NCBI RefSeq assembly: GCF_001194135.2
Contig: NC_069003.1
Location: 33,407,815-33,471,814, forward strand
Direction of reading: 5' to 3'
Length of the DNA stretch: 64,000 nucleotides
Origin: Octopus bimaculoides
Lineage: Eukaryota
The first letter of the stretch is position 1, and every line of letters starts with the position of its first letter. This document shows positions 1 through 10,940 of the stretch, piece by piece. Below the pieces are notes generated by a model that worked only from the letters and a program-made list of their open reading frames with translations, searched no databases and was not told where the DNA came from. The translations under genes and the position numbers were made by a program.

Positions 1-240
1 TGGGTTGTACGGTTTAACTGAGGTCTGGAGAGCCAGGGGGCTGCACCAGGCTCCAATCTGATCTAGCAATGTTTCTACAGCTGGATGCCCTTCCTAATGC
101 CAACCACTCCAAGAGTGTAGTGGGTGCTTTTTACGAGCCACCAGCACGGGAGCCAGTCAGGGGGTACTGGCATCAGCCACATTCGAATGGTGCTTTTTAC
201 ATGCCACCGGCACAGGAGCCAGTCAGGTGGACCTGGCATA
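1..240 (-). mobile_element. RTE-type LINE 3' UTR fragment
   Basis: Same sequence (ctgcaccaggctccaatctg...ctggatgcccttcctaatgccaacc plus about 60-bp internal repeats) is contiguous with RT-coding sequence in the copy at 20970-21930. Confidence 0.7.
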
Positions 241-464
241 TATATATATATATATATATACATATGTAGTGCCACGCACTGGGACTGAACACAGAACCAT
301 GTGGTTGGGAAGCAAGCTTCTTACCACACAGCCTTATATGTGTATATGTATATATATATGTGATAATTAAATGATATATTATGCACTTCATTGTGTTTTG
401 TTATGCACATGAAACCAGTCTGTAATGCAAAAAAAGGTTGGGTAGGAGGTGTGATGGTTTAAAA

Positions 465-772
465 CAGTGGTTCTCAACTGTGTCCATATGATCCTCTCTG
501 GGGGTTCCCCATGAACAAAATAGTAAATTGGGTACCCACAGTAATAATTTAAGGGCCCATGAAAAAAAATCTTGCTTTTAGATGTATTTGTTGCAAGAAA
601 CAGCTAAACTTTTTTTCTCTGATGTTTTCACATAGGTCAGCCTACACAAGTAGCACTTTTGAAAGAAGTTTCTATAAAACTAGTTTTTAAGCATCGAATG
701 GCTATGAGGGGGCAGCCAGAATAAAATAGTAATCAAAGGGGTCCATAGATAGAAAATGATTAAGAACCAGTG
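465..772. mobile_element. hAT-type MITE
   Basis: TIRs CAGTGGTTCTCAA / TTAAGAACCAGTG with a perfect 8-bp TSD GTTTAAAA (457-464 and 773-780). Related fragments lie near 45490-45705 and 57640-57705. Confidence 0.8.
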
Positions 773-1009
773 GTTTAAAAAAAAAAAAAGAAGATTAACC
801 CTTTAGCATTCAAACTGGCCATATCTGATCGAAATAGTTAACCCGTTTCATGTTGAAACTGGCCAGATCTGGCATCTCACCTCAACCCTACAATGTCATT
901 CTAAAAACACACAATCACATCAAAACAACATAAATAAACAAACATTACATTTGACGGAATAACTTGAATACTAAACATTTAAAACAAAACAAGAAAAAAA
1001 CAAAAGTAC

Positions 1010-1294
1010 CTCATTACTGGATATATCTTTGACTGCTTTCTCAAACACACGATTGCTCTTCGATACGGACATCATCACAGATTTTGTCTCATGCTTATTG
1101 CAATTTGCATTAATATCTCCCATCTCAACTGATCTTTTCACATCACCCCAGCAGTTTACCTGCTGTCCACGACCTGAACTGTCGACTGTCACTCGCACAT
1201 TTGGGTATCGCTTTCGGTTATCTTCGTATCTATTGTATCTGCAAGTGGAGTTCTGAAGATTTTCATTGGCAAAGAGAGGACGCCGCCGATTAGG
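1010..1294 (-). CDS. TDRD7: TDRD7-like, probable coding exon 4 (linker); gene continues beyond the left edge
   Basis: ttttctgtctattttag|CCT AAT CGG...AAT GAG|gtactt; 285 nt, open, phase 0 to 0, in frame with exon 3 (PNRRRPLFANENLQNS...KDISSNE). Confidence 0.75.
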
Positions 1295-1780
1295 CTAAAA
1301 TAGACAGAAAAGGAAAAGAAAGGGAATAATAATAATAATAATAATAATGATAACAATAATTTTTAAAATTATTTATGTCTTTATTGTCCCCAGGGGGCTA
1401 AACATAGAGGGGACAAACAAGGACAGACAAAGGCATTAAAATGATTACATCAACCCCAGTGCGTAACTGGTACTTATTTAATTGAACCCGAAAGGATGAA
1501 AGGCAAAGTTGACCTCGGCAGAATTTGAACTTAGAACATAAATAATAATGATGATTATGATGATGATGGTGGTGATAGTTTCAAATTTTGGCACAAGGCC
1601 AGCAATTTCTGGGGAAGGGATAAGTTCATTACATCGACCCCAGTACCTAACTGGTACTTATTTTTATTTTTCATTCCCTTTGAAATTACTCTCATTCGTG
1701 GTTTGGGCTTTAACTGCCCTTTCCAGCATGTAAGGTGTCCTGTTAAAGGTCACCTCTTTTGTGTATAAAAACGTACACTA

Positions 1781-1821
<41 letters not shown>

Positions 1822-1967
1822 TATATAGTGTGTGGGCTGAATGCTATCCAGGGCATTAGTTTTTCACCAATCACAAAACTATCCATTGAGATTCCATGAG
1901 GTTTATGTTTTAAATATTTTTCAAGACTAAATTCTCTTTCTACAACAATTCATTATCACTCTCTCTC

Positions 1968-2028
<61 letters not shown>

Positions 2029-2059
2029 TGTAAACAATATAGTCCATAAGAATACATAC

Positions 2060-2168
2060 AACTGGTTTTGATTTTCGAGCTGATACGGACTTCTGTCTGT
2101 TGATGAGCTTCTGTAGGTGATATGTGGAATCGGTACAGACTGCACGATAAATCTTTGTACCACGATAA
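2060..2168 (-). CDS. TDRD7: TDRD7-like, coding exon 3 (extended-LOTUS C-terminal helix)
   Basis: cttctgttttccag|T...CCA GTT|gtatgt; encodes (N)YRGTKIYRAVCTDSTYHLQKLINRQKSVSARKSKPV, resembling the TDRD5/7 segment Y.A...T..I..LV.RQ+S. 109 nt, phase 2 to phase 0. Confidence 0.88.
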
Positions 2169-2460
2169 CTGGAAAACAGAAGATCACAGATCAGTGATAG
2201 GACATACACATATATATACACATGGGGACAGGGTGTATAACAAAGAGATAGAAATGCCATAATATAGCAGACCTAGATGACAGATCTGCTGAGGAAATAT
2301 GCTGGAAAATATGGTATGTATGTAAAAAATTACAAAAAAGGACAGGTAGGTCATAGCTAGAACATCTTTTATTGTCAGAGTTCTTTGATCAGGGCTGACC
2401 AGGGGGATATGGCAAAAAACCAACAACAAACATTGAAAACAATGAGTTCATGAAACTTAC

Positions 2461-2566
2461 TTTGCTAAGTAGACAGTATCTGGAATGTTGGCCATAAGTT
2501 CGTCGAGGCTCTTATAGCCATACTGTGCATATTGTATGTTTTCTTTTGTCAAACTTCTGTAGTGGT
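2461..2566 (-). CDS. TDRD7: TDRD7-like, coding exon 2 (LOTUS core)
   Basis: ttttcactatttag|AC...GCA AA|gtaagt; encodes (D)HYRSLTKENIQYAQYGYKSLDELMANIPDTVYLA, the LOTUS pattern YRSLT..I.Y..G..SL..L...IP. 106 nt, phase 1 to phase 2. Confidence 0.9.
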
Positions 2567-2699
2567 CTAAATAGTGAAAAAACAAAGGTAAAACATTGAC
2601 AAAAATGTAATGAAAAATCATGAAGCAAAATGGAGGTTCAGTTTTGTGTGTGTGTGTGTGTGTGTGTGTGTTAGTGAATGGATGGATTCTTTCTTTTTT

Positions 2700-3043
2700 T
2701 TTGTTTCAGTCATTTGACTGCAGCCATGCTGGAGCACCGCGTCTGTGAGCTTAGTACTTATTCTATCGGTCTCTGTCTCTTTTGCCGAGCTGCTAAGTTA
2801 CAGAGATGTAAACACACCAACATCAGCTGTCTAAGCAATGGTGGGGGAACAAACACAGGCACACAAACATATACATATATACGACGGGCTTCTTTCAGTT
2901 TCTGTCTACCAAATCCACTGACAAGGCTTTGGTCGGCCCGAAGCTATAGTAGAAGACACCTGCCCAAGGTGCTACGCAGTGGAACTGAACCTAGAACCAT
3001 GTGGTTGGTAAGCAAACTACTTACCACACAGCCACTCCTACAC

Positions 3044-3048
<5 letters not shown>
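2700..3048 (-). mobile_element. tRNA-derived CORE-type SINE (family A)
   Basis: Minus strand reads gtggctgtgtggtaag...ggttctaggttcagttccactgcgtagcaccttgggcaggtgtc (A/B boxes and a CORE-like segment). Multiple copies are in the window. Confidence 0.8.
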
Positions 3049-3088
<40 letters not shown>

Positions 3089-3909
3089 GCTCTTGTGTTT
3101 GTAGCAGGTGAGGGCTTCAGTTGTGTCACCGATAACTGAAGAGACAGGGGGAGATAACAATTGTTTCCTTAGTATGTATAGTGATTGTATGTCTGTGTGG
3201 TTGAAGGAGATTAAGTTGTTATATCATCACTGAAGAAAGTTTCTGAAATCCGTTTATGAAAGCAGGACAAGGTGTCAGATGTCACACGAGGATTATATGT
3301 CTGTTTGTCTAGACGGTTAAGGAAGAGTGACAGTCTGCAATGTGTTGTTGCTAGCAGTAACAAGTTGATAGTGAAGTGAGACTCCAAACCATAAAATTGA
3401 TCACCGAAACAATTGATAAGAAAATATACAAATTTATAAAACAGGGTCAATTACTGAAACAGGGAACATTAACTGGCACTCTGTCGGTTATTCCTTTAAG
3501 AGTGCTCCAGTTGATCCAATCAACGGAACAACCTCATCATCATCATCATTTAATGTCCGTTTTCCATGCTGGCATGGGTTGGGCAGTTTGACTTAGGTTT
3601 GGAAGGCCAGCAGTTGCACCAGGCTCCAATCTGATCTGGTGCAGCCGCTGACTCTCCAGAGCTCTGACAAACCATCCAACCCATGCCAGCATGGAAAACG
3701 GACATCAAACGACGATGATAAAGTAGGTGAGCACTCCACAGACACGCATAACCTTAACATAGTTCTCGGGGAGATTCAGCATGGCACACAGGATGGACAA
3801 TAAAGCGCTAGGAATTTTGGTATGAAGCCCTCACCTTCTAACCAAAGTCTCAGCCACCACCACAGTCTTACCTCGATGATAATACCTTAAAAAAAAAAAA
3901 ACAATTTAC

Positions 3910-3985
3910 CTTCAAAATTGGAAGCCTCCACTCCATTCTTAGCACTCTGTAAGACTGCACGGATATTTATTTTTAGTTTATCCAT
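3910..3985 (-). CDS. TDRD7: TDRD7-like, coding exon 1 (start of LOTUS/OST-HTH domain)
   Basis: Minus strand reads ttgttttcag|TCCAAA ATG...GAA G|gtaaat and encodes MDKLKINIRAVLQSAKNGVEASNFE, matching the vertebrate TDRD7 N-terminal motif RAVLQSxKNGV. Phase 1 end fits the next exon. Confidence 0.9.
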
Positions 3986-5613
3986 TTTGGACTGAAAACA
4001 AGAACAGAAAAAAACAAAACCAAATTATATCAATCAAATTGGGAGGAAGCAGGTATATTAATTAAAATGCATTAATTGTAAAGTTTATGAGAGTTAGTTC
4101 CAATCTTTGGTAATGTCAGATATGTGAACTCCAGTTACATAGCTTAAAACTACAAGATCACACCATTTCCTCTGATCCAAAATGAACAGGCCTTGCCTTT
4201 ATAGCAGAAAAGATTATTAGGCCAGTGTTTGAAGCATAAACTAACATGAAATTTTGATGGAAGGTTTAAATCAAGTCACTTAGAAACAGGAAGATTGTAT
4301 CATAGAACAACAGGAAGCTTCAGTTGGGTTGGGACCAAAAGGGTTTTAAAAAAATAGACAGTGTATAAAAGGGGACAGACACTGTAATAACAAGGGACCC
4401 TCAATGAGGTCACTCAAGCTGCCAGAAATAGCACCCTAGATTTCCCTCAAATCCTCTTCCCCCTCTCCATTACAGGCATGGTTGTGTGGTACGAAGTTTG
4501 CTTCCAAACCACATGGTCCCAGGTTCAGTCCCACTTAGTGGTTTGGCAAAAAAAGATTGACAGAATAAGTACCAGGCTTCAAAAAGTAAAAATAAAAAAT
4601 AAAAAGTACTGAGGTCGATTCATTTAACTAAAAATTCTACAAGGTGGTGCTCCAGCATGACCGCAAAAGATAAGATATTCAATTCTGTAGTCTTGAGTGG
4701 GGAAAAATCTCATGGAGGTTCTTGCTAGAATGTTCATGGCTGACTAAAGCAGGATGATTCTTGCTAAATTATTTAAGGGCCACCATAGGACCAAAACAAA
4801 CAAAAACAAAAATATTCCAGGCATTTTTACTCAGAAATCAGTAATAATAGTATTTGATGGAGTCAGGTGGGAATATCAGCTTACCTGCCTACCTATAGAG
4901 TTATTCATGTCAACGAAGAGAGCTTTTTTTTTTTTTTATGAATCAAATACAAACTGAAGTACCATAGAGGAAACCAATAGGAAAAAAAAATAACAACCAT
5001 TGCCACCACCATCACTCACTCCTCCTCCTCCTCCTCCACCACCACCTTCCTTGCTGACTTCTCTTCTCTCTCCACATACAATCCTTTAGTTTTCCACCCT
5101 CACCTCCCACCACAATCTATTTTCCTTTCTCTTCCTATTCCTCATTCATTCTTTCTATATTTCTCTTCATTCCAGCCACCACCAATTCTTCCTCCTCCTC
5201 CCTCTCTTTTCTTCCCAATCAACCATTCCTTATCTTTCCTTGCTCACACTAACTTCCTTTTCTCTTTCTCTCTCTCTGTGTCTGTCTGTCTGTCTGGCTT
5301 CACCTCTCTCTTTGCTTTCTAGCTGTGTGTGTTTGTATGTGTTAATTCTCACCTACCACACAACACAGGTGAGTTAAATTGAGCATAGTGATTTTCTCCT
5401 ATATCACTCACTCTCTTTCTCTCTCTCTCGCACACACAGAGTCGAAGGGCTATTTGGCTATTTTCCTATCATTAACAGAGCCCACTCACCCTCACCCTAA
5501 CATCACCCACTTCACTAACCTCACAGTGACCTCTCTAAGGTCAGTACATATTGTTCAGCCAACAGCTACAAATAGTAGACAGTTTAAGAAGGAAGATTTT
5601 GGCTATGACACAC

Positions 5614-5932
5614 AGTAGGTCAAATGTTGTTGTTGTTGTTGAGTAACACTCCACTTGAGTGTGGCAGAGTAGGTCAAATATTGTTGTTGAGTAAAGCTAC
5701 TTGAGTGTGGCAGAGCAGATCAAATCTTGTTGAGTAACACTACTTGAGTATGATAAAAGGTCAAATATTGTTGTTATTGAGTTATATCACACCTGAGTGA
5801 GGCAGAGTAGATCAAATGTTACTGTTGAGTAACACTCTTCTTGAGTGTGGCAGGATAGGCCAAAATTGTTGTTGAGTAACACTGAGTGACAGAGTAGGCC
5901 AAATACTGTTGTATAATACTCCACTCCAGTGT
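5614..5932. repeat. Tandem repeat, about 7 units of about 45 bp
   Basis: Unit approximately agtaggtcaaatattgttgttgagtaacactacttgagtgtggcag, with variable (GTT)n. Confidence 0.85.
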
Positions 5933-5934
5933 AG

Positions 5935-6340
5935 CTGCATGCACATTTGCAATGTTTTTCCCAGTTCTGCTGGTTGTGGATCTCCCAGAATATTCATCAC
6001 TATCGACATTTTTTCAATCATCTTGGAAATGTCTGAACCACTCGTCCACCTGTGTGCGGCTCATATACTCCTTTCCATACTCTTTCTGCAACTTTGCGTC
6101 AGCCTCTGAGCAGGTATATCGCCATGACAACTTTCTCTATCATTGCCAATGCGTCGATCACACGCTACACATCTTCCGTCCAAGCACTGCTATAAACAGC
6201 GGAATTAAGCTAGAATAATTAAAACATAGCGCGCATGCACAGCAGAGTCCAAGGTCAATCTGTGCTAAACAGCTTCACTCAGCATGCTTTAGCTTCGTTA
6301 CTATGGCAACAATCCGGATACTTATTGATCAGACCTTGTA
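5935..6340 (-). mobile_element. 5' fragment of a mariner element (TIR plus transposase HTH pseudogene)
   Basis: TA + CAAGGTCTGATCAATAAGTATCCGGA terminus at 6340-6313. Minus-strand translation EADAKLQKEYGKEYMSRTQVDEWFRHFQDD*KNVDSDEYSGRSTTSRT matches the mariner HTH motif (MSRxQVxEWFxRF...DDxRSGRP) with an in-frame stop. Confidence 0.85.
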
Positions 6341-6446
6341 TACTTATTAATGATACAAACTGACGTGTTGTTGATTCAATCGACAATATGTAACCTAACA
6401 ACCCATTTGTGGTATTGTACCTGGACAGAGGAAACCATTAATAGTA

Positions 6447-6496
<50 letters not shown>

Positions 6497-7769
6497 AGGG
6501 TGATGTGTTCAGTTAGATGAAACTCGTTAATTACCTATCTCTTCTCGTAAAAGGGCTTATTTCACCAAAGTTTTTTATTTTGCCTGAAAGGAGGTGTTTC
6601 CAGAGAGGATTACCAGTCAAGTACAGAGTACAGACACTGGAGGAAACGGTGTTAATAGACAAAGCGAGAGTGGAATGAACAAAAAAAAAACAAATACATG
6701 GACGGTACAATCAATACAGAATAATATAAACATGCACAAACACATATACATATGAGAGAGAGAAATACTGTATAAAATATAGGACACACAGACACACACA
6801 TTCTTTTTTATTCTTTTCTTTTCTTTGTTTCAGTATTTAAAGATTGTAATGCCAGCCCCAAATCTGGGATAATTGGCACTCTGTTGGTTAAAACAGACAA
6901 GGGTTCCAGTTGATCCAATTAAAGGAACAGCTTGTTTGTGAAATTAACATGCAAGTGGTTGAGCACTCCACAGACATGTGTACCCTTAATGTAATTCTCA
7001 GGGAGATTCAGTGTGACAAGGCTGGTCCTTTGAATTACAGGTAGAACTCATTTTTGCCAGCCAAGTGGACTGGAGCAATGTGAAATGAAGTGTCTTGCTG
7101 AAGAGACAAAACACACTGCCAGGAATGGAACTCACAGTTTGGAAGGAGAGAGAAGAGGAGTAGCAAGATATGGATAGTGGAGGTAGGGGCAAGGAACATT
7201 TCATATGCACAGGTCAAGTGATTTCCATTCAATTGCAGGCATTGTACTTTACAGTAAGAGATGATGAGAAGGGAAGAAAAGTAAATAGCAAATGGGGATG
7301 TACATTACTCCACCATTTAATGAGAACTTCACTAAACTTACAGGTAAGGTCTCCTGCAGCACCTGTATTTTCAGTCAACACAGCCCTCTGTCGACTCCTT
7401 CATCAGATGTAACATCTCAGTCTCATCATTCACCATCTTGTCTTACATATTTCTCAGTTTCCCTCTTTTGCAGGTACCATCTATTTTGAGCACCAGGCAC
7501 TTGCTTATGTAGCAGTCATCCTCCTGCAACATATGTCCCTACCACCACAGCCTCCGCTCTTACACAACACATTCAACTCCCCAGTTTCTCTTGCAAATGC
7601 ATTCATCCAGCAAAGAATGCTTGCCTCATTTCTTTCTAGTTTCCAACAGGTTTAATGCATACAAATCTAGGAGGAGGGGGATGATGATGATGATGATGAT
7701 GAGCCACTGACAACAACTGGGAGCTTGTAAGGGACATCCTGTAGTGAGCCACAGACCAAAAATCTGTAG

Positions 7770-8170
7770 GCAGCATGGCACCAGCTAGACAGATGGTGGA
7801 AGGGTATAAGTAGAGCCATAAAAGGCAAAAGACAGGCCTGGAAAAAAGTGGATGAAAGGGAAGTGAAAGGTTTGCCAATGTTCAGTGATAAGAGAATCAG
7901 AAATGTGAGGTTGTCTGGCGATACATGAAGGCATTTCAGGATGTGGATATGGAATGATAGCAGTGCATTGCCCTGATTTCCAATGATGAGTGATGAGAAT
8001 GTATATGAGAGAGGTGGGGGGGGGGAGAGTTTAGGCAAAGTAGACTGACTAAAGAGGGGGAGTTGCCACTGAAGTTGATAGCTGTGCAGGTCAAATACTT
8101 TTTTAAGGCTATGAAAGACAAGGGAAGTGGTTGGACTCTCAGCCAAACGCTAAGCACTTGCACAGTGAAT
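7770..8170 (+). pseudogene. Heavily decayed RTE LINE ORF fragment (pre-RT region)
   Basis: RWWKGISRAIKGKRQAWKK and V...KAMK.KG...SA..L pieces resemble RTE WW...V..AI..KR.AWK.W and EV..AI..MK.GKA motifs, with frameshifts. Confidence 0.45.
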
Positions 8171-8431
8171 GGGGTTGGGTAAGGAGGTGCTCTATTCCAA
8201 TGACTGGTGTAGCAGTATCATCATCATCATCACCATCATTTAGTACAAGTGCAAAGGGGGTGTAGTAGAAGGCAGCAACTGCAGAGATATCAAACGGATG
8301 GGCCAAGTTATGTAACAGAGTTTATTGTTCAACTGATTAGGAAGAGAGTTTAGATAAGATACAGGCTCTTGTGCTAAGATGGAGCACCACTAACGCTCCC
8401 TCCCCCCACTGAAACTACAGCCACTATAGAT

Positions 8432-8952
8432 GTACCTGTAGATTATCCGGCATCGTTGGGACCTGGAGAGTGCTAGATTAGTGATTTTGCCAGATTATTG
8501 ATTATCAATTGTTTCTTTGACTTAGTAAAGAAACGGAGTAACTGGTCTTTCTGTTGCTTTTTTTTTTTGTCGTAAACCATTGAAGATCCAATATTGTATA
8601 ATTCACAAAATCTTTTCACAGACAAACCACTGTCAAGTTTTTTCAACAGTTCAACTTTTTCTTTTATAGACAATTTATGGAGTTTACACTTTACGCTATG
8701 AGAAGCACTTCCTTAATGCACTGGAAGAATGATTGGGGCTAAAAGTGGAAAAGATATAATAATAAATGAAAAAGAAAAAAAAACACTGGAAAGGCCTGCC
8801 TTTGTTTACAAATAATGCAAGCATGTTTATGCAGCAAGCAGTGTCAACAAATTGTAGCAGCTAGTTCGTACAGCAACCCGGGAAATTTGAAATTTTTCTA
8901 GCCAAAATTAGTGCGGGATCACAGGTTGCTGGATTAGTGGCAGTCTACTGTA
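8432..8952 (-). mobile_element. Tigger/pogo-type element remnant (CENP-B-like N-terminal HTH)
   Basis: ORF 8473-8673 SIKEKVELLKKLDSGLSVKRFCELYNIGSSMVYD..KQKDQLL; terminus TA-CAGTAGACTGCCACTAATCC at 8952-8931. Confidence 0.75.
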
Positions 8953-10327
8953 TCAAAAAAAAAAAAAAATCCCTAGATTGCTTCTGTTACATCTGCTGGC
9001 AATAAAGACATCCTCTCTCCAAAAAGAAGGACCAATTATATGAGGTTTATGAGGTTCATGCACAAAGTGCAATGTTACATAGTAGCAAAACATGGCACTG
9101 AATGTAGCAGTTGTGTGACAATTGGAAAGAAATGAAGCAAGACTGCTCGAGAGCAGTGGCTCTCAACCAGGGTCCGTATGCCCCACCCCCCTCACCCATC
9201 ACTGTCTTTTCTACATTTTGAACTGTGGGTGTCTGAGTTTGTCCTTCACCACTGATTGACAACCCTGGTATGTTTATATTTCTGTAACTTAGCAGTTCAG
9301 CAAGAGGCCAATAAAAAGTAATAAGTACGAGGGGGGGGAGCATTCATTCAACGAAAGGTTCTCCAAGGCAGTGCCCCAGCATGGCCAATCTAATGAATGA
9401 AACAAGGTGTGTGTTTGTGTGTGTGTACACATATTCACATACACACCTACATATATTCACATACACACACTTACACAATCACACATACACCTACACATAA
9501 TCACACACACATCTAGACAAACATATACACACACACCTATACATACACACAGATACCCATCTATACATTCATATACACACACCTTTACATACATTCACAT
9601 ACATCTATACCAACATATACACACACATCTATACCTACATATACACACACATCTATACCTACATATACACACACATCTATACATATACACACTCATCTAT
9701 ACATACATATATACACAAACATCTATACATACATACACACACACATACATTCAGGGGTTTATATTCTGAATGTGTAGAGTGAACACCGCATTCCCACCTG
9801 AGATGGTAAATTTCTCCCTATAATTATTATTCCGGATTAATTGAGGATATAGTTGTATTATGTACACAAATAGGTTAAACTTTCTATTTATGGCAAAGTG
9901 TTGTAGCTTAAGGCTGGTGTCACATTTTGCGATGGCAACCAGCAGCAGCAGCAGAAACCATAACTTGTAAATATCCCATACTTTTTTAATGTCATTTTCA
10001 CGTTTAAATGCATAGGCACATTCAGGTCCATTTTCACATGTTTAAATGCATAGACACAATGCCATAGCACCAACAACTTGTTGAACTGTTGTGCACTCTT
10101 AGCAATTAAATAAAACTGTACTGTCTAGGTTCATCTGTCAATCTACTATGTGTGTTGGTGTGCGTGTGTCAGCATTTAACGTCCATTTTCCTTGCCAGTA
10201 TGGGTTGCATGGTGACAGCTGCTAGCAAGGCCAGAAGCCACACCAGGTTTCCAGCAAGGAAAAGTGGACGTTTACAGATAATGTGTATGTGACACATATA
10301 CACACACACACACACATATATATATAA

Positions 10328-10520
10328 GGGTGTGCTGAAAAGTTCCTGGCTTTAAGGGTATTGTGAAAGTCCCAGTTGGAGGCCTTAGTTCTTTTACAGG
10401 GCTTAGAAAAACTGAAGGACTGCTGCTGCAATAAGTGTGTGAATCTGAAAGAAGGAATATGTTGAATAAAATCATAATTAACTGAACCTCCTTTATTTTC
10501 TTTCACCCAAAGACTATCAG
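10328..10520 (+). mobile_element. Internally deleted mariner (MITE)
   Basis: TIR gggtgtgctgaaaagttcctggcttt and a remnant of the mariner C-terminus (KL....NKCV.L.G.YVE*). A second partial copy at about 60040-60134 ends in aaagccaggaacttttcagcaccc. Confidence 0.7.
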
Positions 10521-10679
10521 ATGTCCCTATACACGTTTCCATTCGTATCTTCATTATATTCGTCCCTTAAATTTGGCCCTGAATTAAAAATTTTTTTTTT
10601 TTTTTATTAATTATATCGTCTTCCTTGTCTAGGAAGCCTTACAAATTGTCCCTTCCAATCTCTAAGATATCACTCAACA

Positions 10680-10940
10680 ACCGCTCGGGTCTATTTGTTG
10701 TTTATGAGCCTTGCAACATACCCGACCCAGCTATACTTTGTGCTATTATAGGTCATTCAATCAATGAACACATCGTTCACTCCACTCTGCTTTCGAATTA
10801 ACTCGTTGTTCGATCCGATCTCACACTGACGTTCCTACCATTGGTCTTTTCATGTTATAACCGGATGTTTTTCTTCCTCGCTTGTGTAAGACAACAAATA
10901 GGACGGCGCTATTTAAGAAATTAGTACAAAGGATCGTGAT
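10680..10940 (-). promoter_or_regulatory. Candidate TDRD7 promoter / non-coding first exon
   Basis: CpG-retaining patch with a minus-strand donor GGTCGG|gtatgt at 10716-10721 and a TATA-like TTAAATAG near 10910-10918. The TDRD7 ATG exon has an acceptor, so an upstream exon must exist; this location is inference. Confidence 0.3.

Noticed and set aside
5614-5932. CRISPR-like appearance of regularly spaced repeats (also 30445-30690)
   Set aside because: Units are degenerate tandem copies without unique spacers, in a eukaryotic context with no cas genes.
9407-9769. 120-aa His/Thr/Ile/Tyr-rich ORF
   Set aside because: It comes from an AC/AT microsatellite with a sub-repeat of about 24 bp and has no coding signature.
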